The translations under genes were made by a program, and so were the position numbers. 64,000 bases of DNA from the NCBI GenBank assembly GCA_017538105.1, contig JAFYJN010000048.1, forward strand, positions 15,234-79,233. Direction: 5' to 3'. The stretch is from Prevotella sp. Its GTDB lineage: Bacteria; Bacteroidota; Bacteroidia; Bacteroidales; Bacteroidaceae. The notes below the pieces were generated by a model that had not been told where the DNA came from, made no database searches, and was given only the letters and a program-made list of their open reading frames with translations. Position 1 is the stretch's first letter; every line of letters begins with the position of its first letter. Positions 10,676-19,726 of the stretch are shown in pieces.

Positions 10676-12436
10676 ATGAAAAAGTTATTATATTTTGTAG
10701 GACTTGTGTTTTTCTTCGCAAGTTGTACGGATGACTATACCGATTGGGCTGATCCGTTGTCGAACAGCCCCGAGGACGCCAAGACGGTGATGATGAACGT
10801 TGAACCGGCCGCACCCATTGACTATGCCAATGTGAGTAGCGAGACCGTCCAGCTCTTCATTCCCACTTTGGAGGTGTCGGACGAAGCCTCCAACGAGTAT
10901 GTCGTGAAGGTTTACAAAGACGACATGAGTGAATTTGTGGAAATTGCCGCCGATGAGAATGGCTACGTGAATGCCGATGATTTGAAAAGCATCGTGGAGC
11001 AGCTCTATGGCAAAGCTCCCGTTACCCACACTCTTAATCTCGTGGTTTCCACCTATACACACATCGGTGGTTTGTCCATCAAGAATGTGGGAGGCACCAC
11101 AGCTACTGTGACCCTCACCGCGCCGCATATCTCCGAGGCCTACTACGTGGTTGGAGGTAAGTACGACTGGGGACAATCCGCTGCCGACAGGAGTCAGAAG
11201 TTCAGCCACAGCGACAAGAATGTGTATGACGACCCCGTGTTCACCATTGAGATAGATGCCTCATTTGACGGAAACGGCAACCGCACTGACACCTGGTTCG
11301 CCATCGGCGATGACGAGGCTCTTGATGCAATTGGCAACGGCGACTGGTCGAAGTTGCTTGGCACCACTTCAGGCAATGGCAACAATGGCACAGAAGGAAC
11401 GCTTGCTCCACGCACCGAGCTGAGTGACGATGGCAGTTTCATGATGCCCGCCAGCGACGAGGCTGTAGGCTACCGCATCACCATCAACATGATGGAATAC
11501 ACCTATACGATTGAACCCATCAGCAACTTGGAAGAGACTTATTACATTATCGGTACACCGCAAGGATGGAATCCCGATGACACCAGTTTCCCCGTGAAGA
11601 ACAGCGGTGTTAACACTGCGCTTGACCCGGTATTCAAGGTACGTCTGCCGGCCACGGGGAGCAACATCGAGTTCAAACTCTGTCCACAATCAGGAATCGG
11701 TGGTTGGGATAAGGACTACACCTCCGACCCGAACGGCGAGGAAGGCAAATTGGCCTCGAACAATGCCGGTGGCAATATCGTCATCGAAAATGTTAACGGT
11801 GCCGTGTCTTACGACGTATGGTTTAACCTCAAGGACAAGGAGTGGGGTTACGTGCCCATCATGGCCAACGAGTTGTTCTTCGAGATAGGCAACGAGGGCG
11901 GTTGGAGCGTCTCCCATGGACTGAAAGGTAGCGACAAAGTGTACACTGGTTTCTATTTCCTCAACGGAGAGTTCAAGTTCAAGCCCAATGCCGACAACTG
12001 GGACAACGACCTCGAATATGACGGCGATGCTGAGGGTGCCACGGGCAAGGTGGCTGACAATGGCGGTGGCAACATGCCCGCCCCCGAGACAGGCTTTTAC
12101 AAGGTGGTGCTCAACCTGAACAGCATGACTTATACGCTGACGAAGATTAACACTGTGGGTGTGATTGGCGACGCTACAGCTGGTGGCTGGAGTGAAGACC
12201 AAGACATGACATGGAATCCGGATGGCGGTTATTGGCATATTGACAACCTGACCCTCACCGATGGCACCATCAAGTTCCGTGGCAACGACAATTGGGATGG
12301 CGACCTTGATCTGGGTGGCAATGCCAACTGTCTGACCATTGGTGGCAGCAATATCAACGTTACTGCCGGCACCTACGACATCAAGCTCTTCCAAGGTTAC
12401 AGCGGCTATGCCCATGCAGTGATCACGAAGAAATAA
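10676..12436 (+). CDS. SusF/SusE-family starch-binding lipoprotein
   Basis: Lipobox FASC; repeated modules with IG...GW and KF motifs (VGVIGDATAGGWSEDQDM, IKFRGNDNW). Confidence 0.82.
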   Translation: MKKLLYFVGLVFFFASCTDDYTDWADPLSNSPEDAKTVMMNVEPAAPIDYANVSSETVQLFIPTLEVSDEASNEYVVKVYKDDMSEFVEIAADENGYVNADDLKSIVEQLYGKAPVTHTLNLVVSTYTHIGGLSIKNVGGTTATVTLTAPHISEAYYVVGGKYDWGQSAADRSQKFSHSDKNVYDDPVFTIEIDASFDGNGNRTDTWFAIGDDEALDAIGNGDWSKLLGTTSGNGNNGTEGTLAPRTELSDDGSFMMPASDEAVGYRITINMMEYTYTIEPISNLEETYYIIGTPQGWNPDDTSFPVKNSGVNTALDPVFKVRLPATGSNIEFKLCPQSGIGGWDKDYTSDPNGEEGKLASNNAGGNIVIENVNGAVSYDVWFNLKDKEWGYVPIMANELFFEIGNEGGWSVSHGLKGSDKVYTGFYFLNGEFKFKPNADNWDNDLEYDGDAEGATGKVADNGGGNMPAPETGFYKVVLNLNSMTYTLTKINTVGVIGDATAGGWSEDQDMTWNPDGGYWHIDNLTLTDGTIKFRGNDNWDGDLDLGGNANCLTIGGSNINVTAGTYDIKLFQGYSGYAHAVITKK

Positions 12437-12557
12437 TACCCACCCCAACCCTTCTCCCATGAGAGGGGCTTGAGGAAAAGAACTGAAGGAGAAGACCATT
12501 GGTTTTCTCCTTCAGCATTTATACGCCTTCACTGGGGGAGGATCGAGGACGGGTGGT
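12437..12557. repeat. REP-like palindromic intergenic element with a central hairpin (possible terminator)
   Basis: TACCCACCCCAACCCTTCTCCCATGAGAGGGG followed by the hairpin CTGAAGGAGAAGACC-ATT-GGTTTTCTCCTTCAG; a related copy lies inverted at about 58135-58168. Confidence 0.55.
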
Positions 12558-12561
12558 TTAT

Positions 12562-12637
12562 GCAACCGATTGCATTGCCATTTGCACAAAAGGGAGGGCT
12601 TGGGAGCACCACCTAATTAAAAAAAGCATTATCTTCG
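12562..12637 (+). promoter_or_regulatory. Amylase promoter: LacI-type site GCAACCGATTGC (12562-12573) and variant -7 box TATCTTCG (12630-12637)
   Basis: Same core and nearly the same spacing as at susC and malQ. Confidence 0.55.
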
Positions 12638-12666
12638 CAGAAGAAAACTATCAAACCCCTACCAAT

Positions 12667-14640
12667 ATGAAGAAATTTTACACTACATTGTTCGCCCTCG
12701 CCATGACCATGACCGCGATGGCTCAGGGCTGGCCCGCCAACTACCAAGGCGTGATGCTCCAAGGATTCTATTGGGATTCGTTCGATGCCACTCGATGGAC
12801 CAACCTGGAAAGCCAGGTCGACGAACTATCACAATATTTTTCGCTCGTATGGATACCCCAAAGCGGCAACTGCGGCCACCTCTCCATGGGCTACGATGAC
12901 TATTACTGGTTTGACCAGAACAGTTCGTTCGGAACGGAGGCCGAACTGCGCTCCCTTATCAGCACCTTCAAGGCCAAGGGCATCGGGACCATCGCCGACG
13001 TGGTGGTGAACCACCGCAACACCAATGGATGGGTGACTTTCCCAAAAGAGACCTACAATGGGGTAACCTACCAACTGCTCCCCTCTGACATCTGCGCCAA
13101 CGACGACAACGGCAAGACCAAGACCTGGGCCGACGCCAACGGCATCCAACTGAGTCCGAACAACGACACCGGCGAAGGTTGGGACGGCATGCGTGACCTG
13201 GACCACAAGAGCGCCAACGTGCAGGAGAACGTGAAGGCCTATCTCCACTACCTGCTTGAGGATCTCGGCTATACGGGGTTCCGCTACGACATGGTAAAGG
13301 GGTTCGGTGCCACTTATCTCGGCCTATACAATGAAGATGCCGCCCCCCAGTTCAGCGTAGGCGAATATTGGGACGGCAACAAAAGCGCCGTGGAGAATTG
13401 GCTCAACGGCACGAAGAAGAATAGCACCATCCAAAGCGCGGCCTTTGACTTCCCTTTCCGCTACACCGTGCGTGATGCCATCAACAACAACAACTGGGGA
13501 AAACTTAGCAACACATCGGTGATGGCCGATGCCGCCTACCGCCGTTATGCCGTGACTTTCGTGGAGAACCACGACACGGAGAAACGGTCCAACGCCGACC
13601 AAGACCCCATCAAGCGCGACACCCTGGCCGCCAACGCCTACCTGCTGGCTATGCCGGGCACGCCCTGCGTGTTCCTCAAGCATTGGTTGGACTGCAAGAA
13701 AGACATCGCCCAGATGATCAACGTGCGCCAATTCGCAGGCATCCACAACGAGAGCGAATACAGCAAGTTCGAAAGCGCCACCACCCACTACGCCGTGCGT
13801 ACCAAGGGTGCCCACTGCGACCTGTTGTGTGTAGTGGGCGATTTGACAAAATATACGCCCACCAATAGGTGGATCAAGGTGGCAGAAGGCTATCACTACA
13901 GCTACTTCCTGCCCAACGATGCCAATACAGCATGGATTGACCTGCCATCAGGAGAATACCTTAGTGAGCAGACAGCCACTTTAACCGCCGTAACCAATGA
14001 AAACGCACAGATAGTCTACACCACCGACGGCAGTACACCGACAGCATCGAGCACAAAAGTGTCCTCGGGCACGAAAATCACCATTCCTATTGGCACGACG
14101 ACCCTGACTGCCGGACTTCTCGTCGGCAACACAGTAAGCGGTATTGTGAGCCGTTCTTACAACATCATTGACTTCCAACCATACGACATCACCATCTACG
14201 TCAACACCGACCAAGTGGGCTGGAGCAACGTGAACTTCTGGACCTGGGGCGGCGATGGCAGCCACTCGCCCAATAACAAAGATTGGCCGGGTGACAAGGT
14301 AAGCACGACAGTGGAAAAAGACGGTAAACAATGGTTCACGAATACCTATACCATCAACAGTCCCACCGATGTCGTCAACTTCGTATTCAGCACGGGCAGT
14401 GGTTCGCCGCAGACCGTCGATATCAACAACATCCGCGAAGACACGTTCTTTGAGATTTCCACAGAAACAGAAGGTGGCAAGAACAAGGTGAACGTGGTAA
14501 GCACAGGCATAGAAGAATTACGAATGACGAATGACGATATACGAATGGATGATGCCATCTACGACCTGCAAGGACGGAGAGTAACGAACCCAACACATGG
14601 CATCTATATCCGTGGCGGAAAGAAATTTATCGTAAGATAA
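12667..14640 (+). CDS. Secreted GH13 alpha-amylase with a CBM26-like starch-binding module and a T9SS-type C-terminal domain
   Basis: Signal peptide MKKFYTTLFALAM; GH13 regions DVVVNHR, GFRYDMVKG, GEYWD, FVENHDT; WTWGG...WPGD module; tail GIEEL...IYDLQGRRV...GIYIRGGKKFIVR. Confidence 0.92.
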   Translation: MKKFYTTLFALAMTMTAMAQGWPANYQGVMLQGFYWDSFDATRWTNLESQVDELSQYFSLVWIPQSGNCGHLSMGYDDYYWFDQNSSFGTEAELRSLISTFKAKGIGTIADVVVNHRNTNGWVTFPKETYNGVTYQLLPSDICANDDNGKTKTWADANGIQLSPNNDTGEGWDGMRDLDHKSANVQENVKAYLHYLLEDLGYTGFRYDMVKGFGATYLGLYNEDAAPQFSVGEYWDGNKSAVENWLNGTKKNSTIQSAAFDFPFRYTVRDAINNNNWGKLSNTSVMADAAYRRYAVTFVENHDTEKRSNADQDPIKRDTLAANAYLLAMPGTPCVFLKHWLDCKKDIAQMINVRQFAGIHNESEYSKFESATTHYAVRTKGAHCDLLCVVGDLTKYTPTNRWIKVAEGYHYSYFLPNDANTAWIDLPSGEYLSEQTATLTAVTNENAQIVYTTDGSTPTASSTKVSSGTKITIPIGTTTLTAGLLVGNTVSGIVSRSYNIIDFQPYDITIYVNTDQVGWSNVNFWTWGGDGSHSPNNKDWPGDKVSTTVEKDGKQWFTNTYTINSPTDVVNFVFSTGSGSPQTVDINNIREDTFFEISTETEGGKNKVNVVSTGIEELRMTNDDIRMDDAIYDLQGRRVTNPTHGIYIRGGKKFIVR

Positions 14641-14658
14641 AAGAGAAATTTTTGATAA

Positions 14659-14703
14659 GTCATCAGCAAAAAAGTGTTCAAAGTTTTCTTTGGACACTTT
14701 TTT
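14659..14703 (+). terminator. Probable intrinsic terminator after the amylase
   Basis: Inverted repeat AAAAAAGTGTTCAAAG...CTTTGGACACTTTTTT. Confidence 0.55.
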
Positions 14704-14736
14704 CGGATAAAAGATATTCCATGTCGAGTTTTTTAT

Positions 14737-14889
14737 GTAAGTTTTCATAACTTACTCCATCTCGGCATAAAAATAAACAAGTTTTATTTTGTTCTGCACT
14801 CAATTTTTCGTAAGTTTTCATAACTTACTCCATCTCGGCAAAAATAAACAAGATTTATTTTGTTCTGCACTCAATTTTTCGTAAGTTTG
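14737..14889. repeat. Two near-identical tandem units (73 and 71 bp) ending in the GH53 -7 box TAAGTTTG
   Basis: GTAAGTTTTCATAACTTACTCCATCTCGGCA...TTGTTCTGCACTCAATTTTTC at 14737-14809 and 14810-14880. Confidence 0.9.
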
Positions 14890-14914
14890 CACACAGACTA
14901 AAAGAAACGACATC

Positions 14915-16177
14915 ATGAAACAAATCATTACTATTTTTCTTTCCCTGTTCTTCGGCGCGGTGCTGACCATTGATGCCCAAACCAAATATGTGGGCGGTGA
15001 CATCAGCGTGCTACAAAGCTACGAAGACAACAACGTGGCTTACTACGACATGAACGGTACGAAAATAGATGACGTGCTTCAGTATATGAAGGGCAGCGAC
15101 GTAGGCTGGAACGCCCAACGCGTGCGCCTTTTCGTCAACCCCACGCGGAAAGCCCCAGACGGCTCCACCGACGCACAGGTGTGTCAGGACCTTGACTATG
15201 TGAAACGGCTGGCCAAGCGTATCAAAGAAGAAGGATTCGCGCTGATGCTCGATTTCCACTATAGCGACACCTGGGCCGATCCTGCGAACCAATGGACACC
15301 TGCTGGGTGGCTCTCACTGAGTGATGAGGAGTTGGCTACTAAAGTGTACGAATACACCAAAGAATGCTTGCAAGAGTTGGTGGCTGTGGGTGCTACGCCC
15401 GACTTCATACAACCAGGCAACGAAATCAGCTATGGCATGTTGTGGGGAGCCTACGGCACCAAAGCTAACCGCTGCTACACCAGCAACGATGCCAACTGGG
15501 ACAGATTCCGCACCTTGCTCGGTCAGGCCATCCTGGCCTGCCGCGAAGTATGCCCACAAGCAAAGATTATCATCCACACCGAACGGGCAGGTAATTGGTC
15601 GACCACAAGAGGCATCTATGAACGACTGGCATCCGTCGACTACGACATCATCGGCCTGAGTTACTACCCCTTCTGGCACAACTCGCTCAGCGTGCTGGCA
15701 AGCACGCTCAATCAGTTAGCTTCATACTTCCCTGACAAACGGGTACAAATCGTTGAGACCGCCTATTATTATCAATGGCAACCCAACGACGTATCCTACG
15801 ATTTCTCATCCATCTGGTCCATTTCTCCCGAGGGACAAAAAGCGTTCACGCAAGACTTAATCACCGAACTGAAAAAACACGCTAATGTGGACGGCCTGTT
15901 CTGGTGGTTTCCCGAGGAGAACGGCAACGGCCCCAACAGCAAAGTGCTCACCAATTGGGTGAACCGTGGTCTGTGGGACGACAATACCCACCGTGCCCTG
16001 CCCGCCCTCTACGTACTGAAGGATTTCCTTGGCGACCAGACCACCGTCTGCGACATCCCTGCCGACCGTCCATCGGCAGCCACGGGCACCTTCACCCTCG
16101 ACGGCCGCCGCATGAGTGGCGAGCCACTGCCACAGGGTCTTTATATCATCGATGGCAGGAAAGTGGCGGTTAAGTGA
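14915..16177 (+). CDS. GH53 endo-beta-1,4-galactanase with a T9SS-type C-terminal domain
   Basis: VGGDIS, RVRLFVNP, LDFHYSDTWADP, QPGNEI, IIGLSYYPFWH, IVETAY; tail FTLDGRR...GLYIIDGRKVAVK. Confidence 0.92.
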   Translation: MKQIITIFLSLFFGAVLTIDAQTKYVGGDISVLQSYEDNNVAYYDMNGTKIDDVLQYMKGSDVGWNAQRVRLFVNPTRKAPDGSTDAQVCQDLDYVKRLAKRIKEEGFALMLDFHYSDTWADPANQWTPAGWLSLSDEELATKVYEYTKECLQELVAVGATPDFIQPGNEISYGMLWGAYGTKANRCYTSNDANWDRFRTLLGQAILACREVCPQAKIIIHTERAGNWSTTRGIYERLASVDYDIIGLSYYPFWHNSLSVLASTLNQLASYFPDKRVQIVETAYYYQWQPNDVSYDFSSIWSISPEGQKAFTQDLITELKKHANVDGLFWWFPEENGNGPNSKVLTNWVNRGLWDDNTHRALPALYVLKDFLGDQTTVCDIPADRPSAATGTFTLDGRRMSGEPLPQGLYIIDGRKVAVK

Positions 16178-16221
16178 GTTCAATTTCCCCGTCCACGTGA
16201 ACTCTTAATCATATATAGGCC

Positions 16222-16430
16222 ATGACCATCTAGAACGAAAAGCAATACAAAGAATACAAGGCCATGATGGAACAGTTGATTCTGAGAAGTTCGGAATTGG
16301 GCGATATGGAACTATTGACCGATGACAAGAAAACGGAATTCAAGATGCTCAGTGAATCCCTTGACGAATATGGCCGTGCGTATCACCCACTGCACGGACA
16401 CTGCTGACAGATGCCATCCTTCTTCATGAT
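16222..16430 (+). pseudogene. Degraded fragment resembling the N-terminus of a HigA-like antitoxin/HTH regulator
   Basis: Reads MTI*NEKQYKEYKAMMEQLI...LSESLDEYGRAYHPL with TAG at codon 4, an apparent frame change into TLLTDAIL, and no HTH. The family call is from recollected similarity only. Confidence 0.4.
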
Positions 16431-16496
16431 ACACGGTCGCCGATTGTTGAGTTTAGAAATTGCCCGCAATCTGCACCCGTCATAATTTAAGATAAT

Positions 16497-16878
16497 TATT
16501 GGTGTCCACTAAAACTTTTTAGTGACAAAGAAATGGCTTTCAAACGCTGGTTTTATGTGTTTGTGAATTCCATTTTTCAAAAGTAAGCCCCCTAAACGCT
16601 CCTCATTCTGTATTTTTCATCGGCTGTCCGCTAAAAAGAGCCAAGAAATGGAAGAAAAGTGTCCCAGCGCATGCGTTATATGCTATTAACGGCTAGCTAT
16701 GAAGAAAAACAAATCAATTATATGGCTTTGTTTTGCCAAAAGAAACGGCTGTCCGCTAAAATACAGAATATAAAAGTATGTGAGGGGCTTACTTTTTGAT
16801 AAATGCACCTATAATGCCTATTTATTGGCACTACAGATGCATTTTTTAAGAGTTTTCAACTTTTAGCGGACACCAATA
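16497..16878. mobile_element. Non-autonomous MITE (382 bp) with 18-bp terminal inverted repeats and a 9-bp target-site duplication
   Basis: Left TATTGGTGTCCACTAAAA (16497-16514), right TTTTAGCGGACACCAATA (16861-16878), one mismatch. TAAGATAAT flanks both ends (16488-16496, 16879-16887). No ORF of 60 aa or more. Confidence 0.9.
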
Positions 16879-17092
16879 TAAGATAATACATTTCATTATA
16901 ACAGGAATCAATTAACTTTGACCTAATCTATTATAAATCTGTGGGATTGATTATTTAGTCATCAATAACAGAATAGATGAATCCTGTATTGAAGTCCGTC
17001 AAGAGTAGTCCTTACAAACAGGGATGGAACGAAGAAAGAACTGAATGGGACGTGTAATAGGTTTCATGCCTATTTCAAACGAAGAACACCCA

Positions 17093-19162
17093 TTACTGTT
17101 CAATGGGTTGTTCTTCGTTAAACTCTTGTTTCTTGATTCTCTGAATCAGATAGCTAACCGATTTCGGTGCTTTTTCTCGGCACTCTTTCAGCTGGGTGTC
17201 AAACTCTTCGTCCGACAAGTCTGAGTTGAAGGCTTCTATTAGCTCGCATTCTTTTGGTGAGTCAAGCATGATATTATGACGCTTCATCAGCGAACGCAAA
17301 GCATGGATGCCTTTGTCATACTTTGGCTTTGCTTCCACGAGCATGCGCATCAAATCAAGCCCAGGGTCTCCGATGTGCATTTCATTGAGCATGGCAATCA
17401 TGTAGAGCACCTTGGCATCTGGCGTTGCCATGTCAAACACGTCACCCATCTGAACGTTCACGGCGTCTGCATCAGTGTAACGCTCAAGCATGGCTAAAGC
17501 ACGTGACTTCACATAGAGGACCTCCTGGCATCGGTGGTTTTCGAGTACAGCATCTGCAAACTCCAATGCTTGCTCGTATTGGCCTGCATAAAGGCTAAGT
17601 AAAGCAGCAAGGAATTGTGATGTCCAATGACTTGACGTAAGCAGTTCTTCTGGGACACTCTCGATACATCCCATGAGATTGTCGTCACAGATGAGGGTGT
17701 CGAGGAATCGCTTAGCCTGCTGCATTGCCTCTTTGATGTCGCCGGATTGTGCTTTCTTGCACACCAACAAGAGGTATTGCTTGGCAGCTTCATCATAGTC
17801 GCTCTTCTGTAGCGCACCATAGACTGCTTTGCCACTTTCAATCTCGTTGTTGATGACCTGTTCGTCGTTGTACCCACTTGCGTATGCAATAATCTCAGGA
17901 CTTGTATGAGCATACTGTGGGATAACATCCTTTGAGAGGAACAGTCCATCTAACGACCGCACACGGCTAAGTGCAACGTAGAGTTGACCAGCAGCAAAGA
18001 TTCCTCGGCTAAGGTCAAGCGACATCTTGTCAAATGTCATGCCTTGACTCTTATGAATGGTGATTGCCCATGCTAACTTCAGAGGGTATTGGGTGAAAGT
18101 TCCCGTCACCTCCTTTTTTAGCTTGCGTGTTTCACGGTCGTATTCGTAGTTAACCGAGTCCCACGAAGTACAGGGCACCACGTGCTGATCACCATTGCTA
18201 AGTTCCACGTGGATCTCGTCTTTTGTGAGTTTGACCACCTTTGCCAGAGTGCCATTCGCCCAGCGTTTTTGCTGGTCATTCCGGGTGAACATCACCTGAG
18301 CACCAACTTTCAGACGGAGGTTTAACTCTACAGGCAGTTTCTTGTCATCGAACTTTCCTGCGATAGTTCCCTCGTATGTGAACTCTTCTGCATCAATCTC
18401 AGCCAAACGTTGTTGGTTGATACCGTCAGCGGTCTTGTTGAGCGATGCCAACGTGATAACCATGCCATCTTCTGGTGTTGGGTGTTTAACGCGCTGATTG
18501 AGATGCATGATATTCTCGGGGGTTATCTTGTTCATACGAACGTTCTCCAGGATATGAAGGAACTGCTGGTCGTCATCCTGACGATATACCTTCTGAAATT
18601 CAATCTTCACGAGTCGCATGCGTTTGATAGCATCTGCTTTGTAAAAGAAGAAATCATCTGTCTGGTATATGTCGTGGAGAAGTTCACACTCTGCTCCTTG
18701 TCTCACAACTGGTGGCAATTGGAACATATCACCCACGAAGATTATTTGCTTCCCACCGAAGGGTTGAGTCGTACGAAGTGCTCTGCGGAGAGTGTAGTCG
18801 ATGGCATCCACAATGTCACATCTTACCATTGATACCTCATCGATGATGATGGTATCTGCATGGAGAAGAGTGAGAATGCGTGCCTCGTTCAGTTTTCCGC
18901 ATGTTCCTGGCGTGCATACCTCCATCGGAAGACCGAAGAAGGAATGTATGGTGTCGCCACCTGCCAGGATAGCAGCCACACCGGTTGGTGCCAGTGTGAT
19001 GAACTGCTTGTCTACCATCTTCTGCACGTTGCGGAGGAAGGTCGTCTTACCAGTTCCTGCACGACCTGTGAGGAAAAAGCTGCTGTTGGTGTTGGCAATG
19101 AGTTCGTATGCGAGCACTTGCTGCTGGTTCTGGGTGTCTATCTGTGTGTGTTCCATGTTCAT
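17093..19162 (-). CDS. Pif1-like SF1B helicase with a C-terminal helical/TPR-like region
   Basis: TGRAGTGKT, IIIDEVSMV, FGGKQIIFVGDMFQLPPV, QYPLKLAWAITIHKSQG, GQLYVALSRVR; the start at 19162 overlaps the upstream stop (ATGA). Confidence 0.88.
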   Translation of the reverse strand: MNMEHTQIDTQNQQQVLAYELIANTNSSFFLTGRAGTGKTTFLRNVQKMVDKQFITLAPTGVAAILAGGDTIHSFFGLPMEVCTPGTCGKLNEARILTLLHADTIIIDEVSMVRCDIVDAIDYTLRRALRTTQPFGGKQIIFVGDMFQLPPVVRQGAECELLHDIYQTDDFFFYKADAIKRMRLVKIEFQKVYRQDDDQQFLHILENVRMNKITPENIMHLNQRVKHPTPEDGMVITLASLNKTADGINQQRLAEIDAEEFTYEGTIAGKFDDKKLPVELNLRLKVGAQVMFTRNDQQKRWANGTLAKVVKLTKDEIHVELSNGDQHVVPCTSWDSVNYEYDRETRKLKKEVTGTFTQYPLKLAWAITIHKSQGMTFDKMSLDLSRGIFAAGQLYVALSRVRSLDGLFLSKDVIPQYAHTSPEIIAYASGYNDEQVINNEIESGKAVYGALQKSDYDEAAKQYLLLVCKKAQSGDIKEAMQQAKRFLDTLICDDNLMGCIESVPEELLTSSHWTSQFLAALLSLYAGQYEQALEFADAVLENHRCQEVLYVKSRALAMLERYTDADAVNVQMGDVFDMATPDAKVLYMIAMLNEMHIGDPGLDLMRMLVEAKPKYDKGIHALRSLMKRHNIMLDSPKECELIEAFNSDLSDEEFDTQLKECREKAPKSVSYLIQRIKKQEFNEEQPIEQ

Positions 19163-19665
19163 CGTTGTTCGATTGCTGGGAGAATTTGGGTGAGACGTGT
19201 GTTGAAATCGCTGTCGAGGAAACTCTTGTAGCATCCGTCAATGAGTTCCTTCGCTTGACTTTCGAGATGATCTGCTGGTATCGAAGTACGTTGTGCCTTC
19301 AGAATGCCTGCGAGGAAGTCTTTGACCATAGCCTCAGACTCCATGCGGACAAATGCTTCGTTACGATACACCTTGTCATAGTCGCGCTTCTGGATGAGTT
19401 CGACCCTTTTCCCGTTGAAGGCGTAGAGCTCGATACCATCTATATAGGTCCAGTTGTGATAGAGACCGACCTTTTCAACAATGACCACCCGGTCGCAGAA
19501 ACGGATGCCACGGTAGTAGCGATTGCCGTTGACGCTTTCGTACTCGTCGCAGATGAACATCTTTTGACCGTTATCCCATACAGGGACGTGAACTCTCGGA
19601 CTGCCGAAGGTTGGCAGAATGTTGTCGAACAGGTTCTTGCTGATTGCTTTTGTCAGTGTTGCCAT
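19159..19665 (-). CDS. Hypothetical protein (168 aa), paralogue of 19727-20173
   Basis: ATG after an A-rich leader (MATLTKAISK); translationally coupled to the helicase. Confidence 0.8.
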   Translation of the reverse strand: MATLTKAISKNLFDNILPTFGSPRVHVPVWDNGQKMFICDEYESVNGNRYYRGIRFCDRVVIVEKVGLYHNWTYIDGIELYAFNGKRVELIQKRDYDKVYRNEAFVRMESEAMVKDFLAGILKAQRTSIPADHLESQAKELIDGCYKSFLDSDFNTRLTQILPAIEQR

Positions 19666-19726
19666 ATGTTTCGATTTTTGGTTTTTGGTTGTTTCTGTTT
19701 TGTTCTCTTTTAGCGTAGCAGCTGCT

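Noticed and set aside
14737-14889. Possible CRISPR array
   Set aside because: Only two contiguous 71-73-bp units, no unique spacers and no cas genes.
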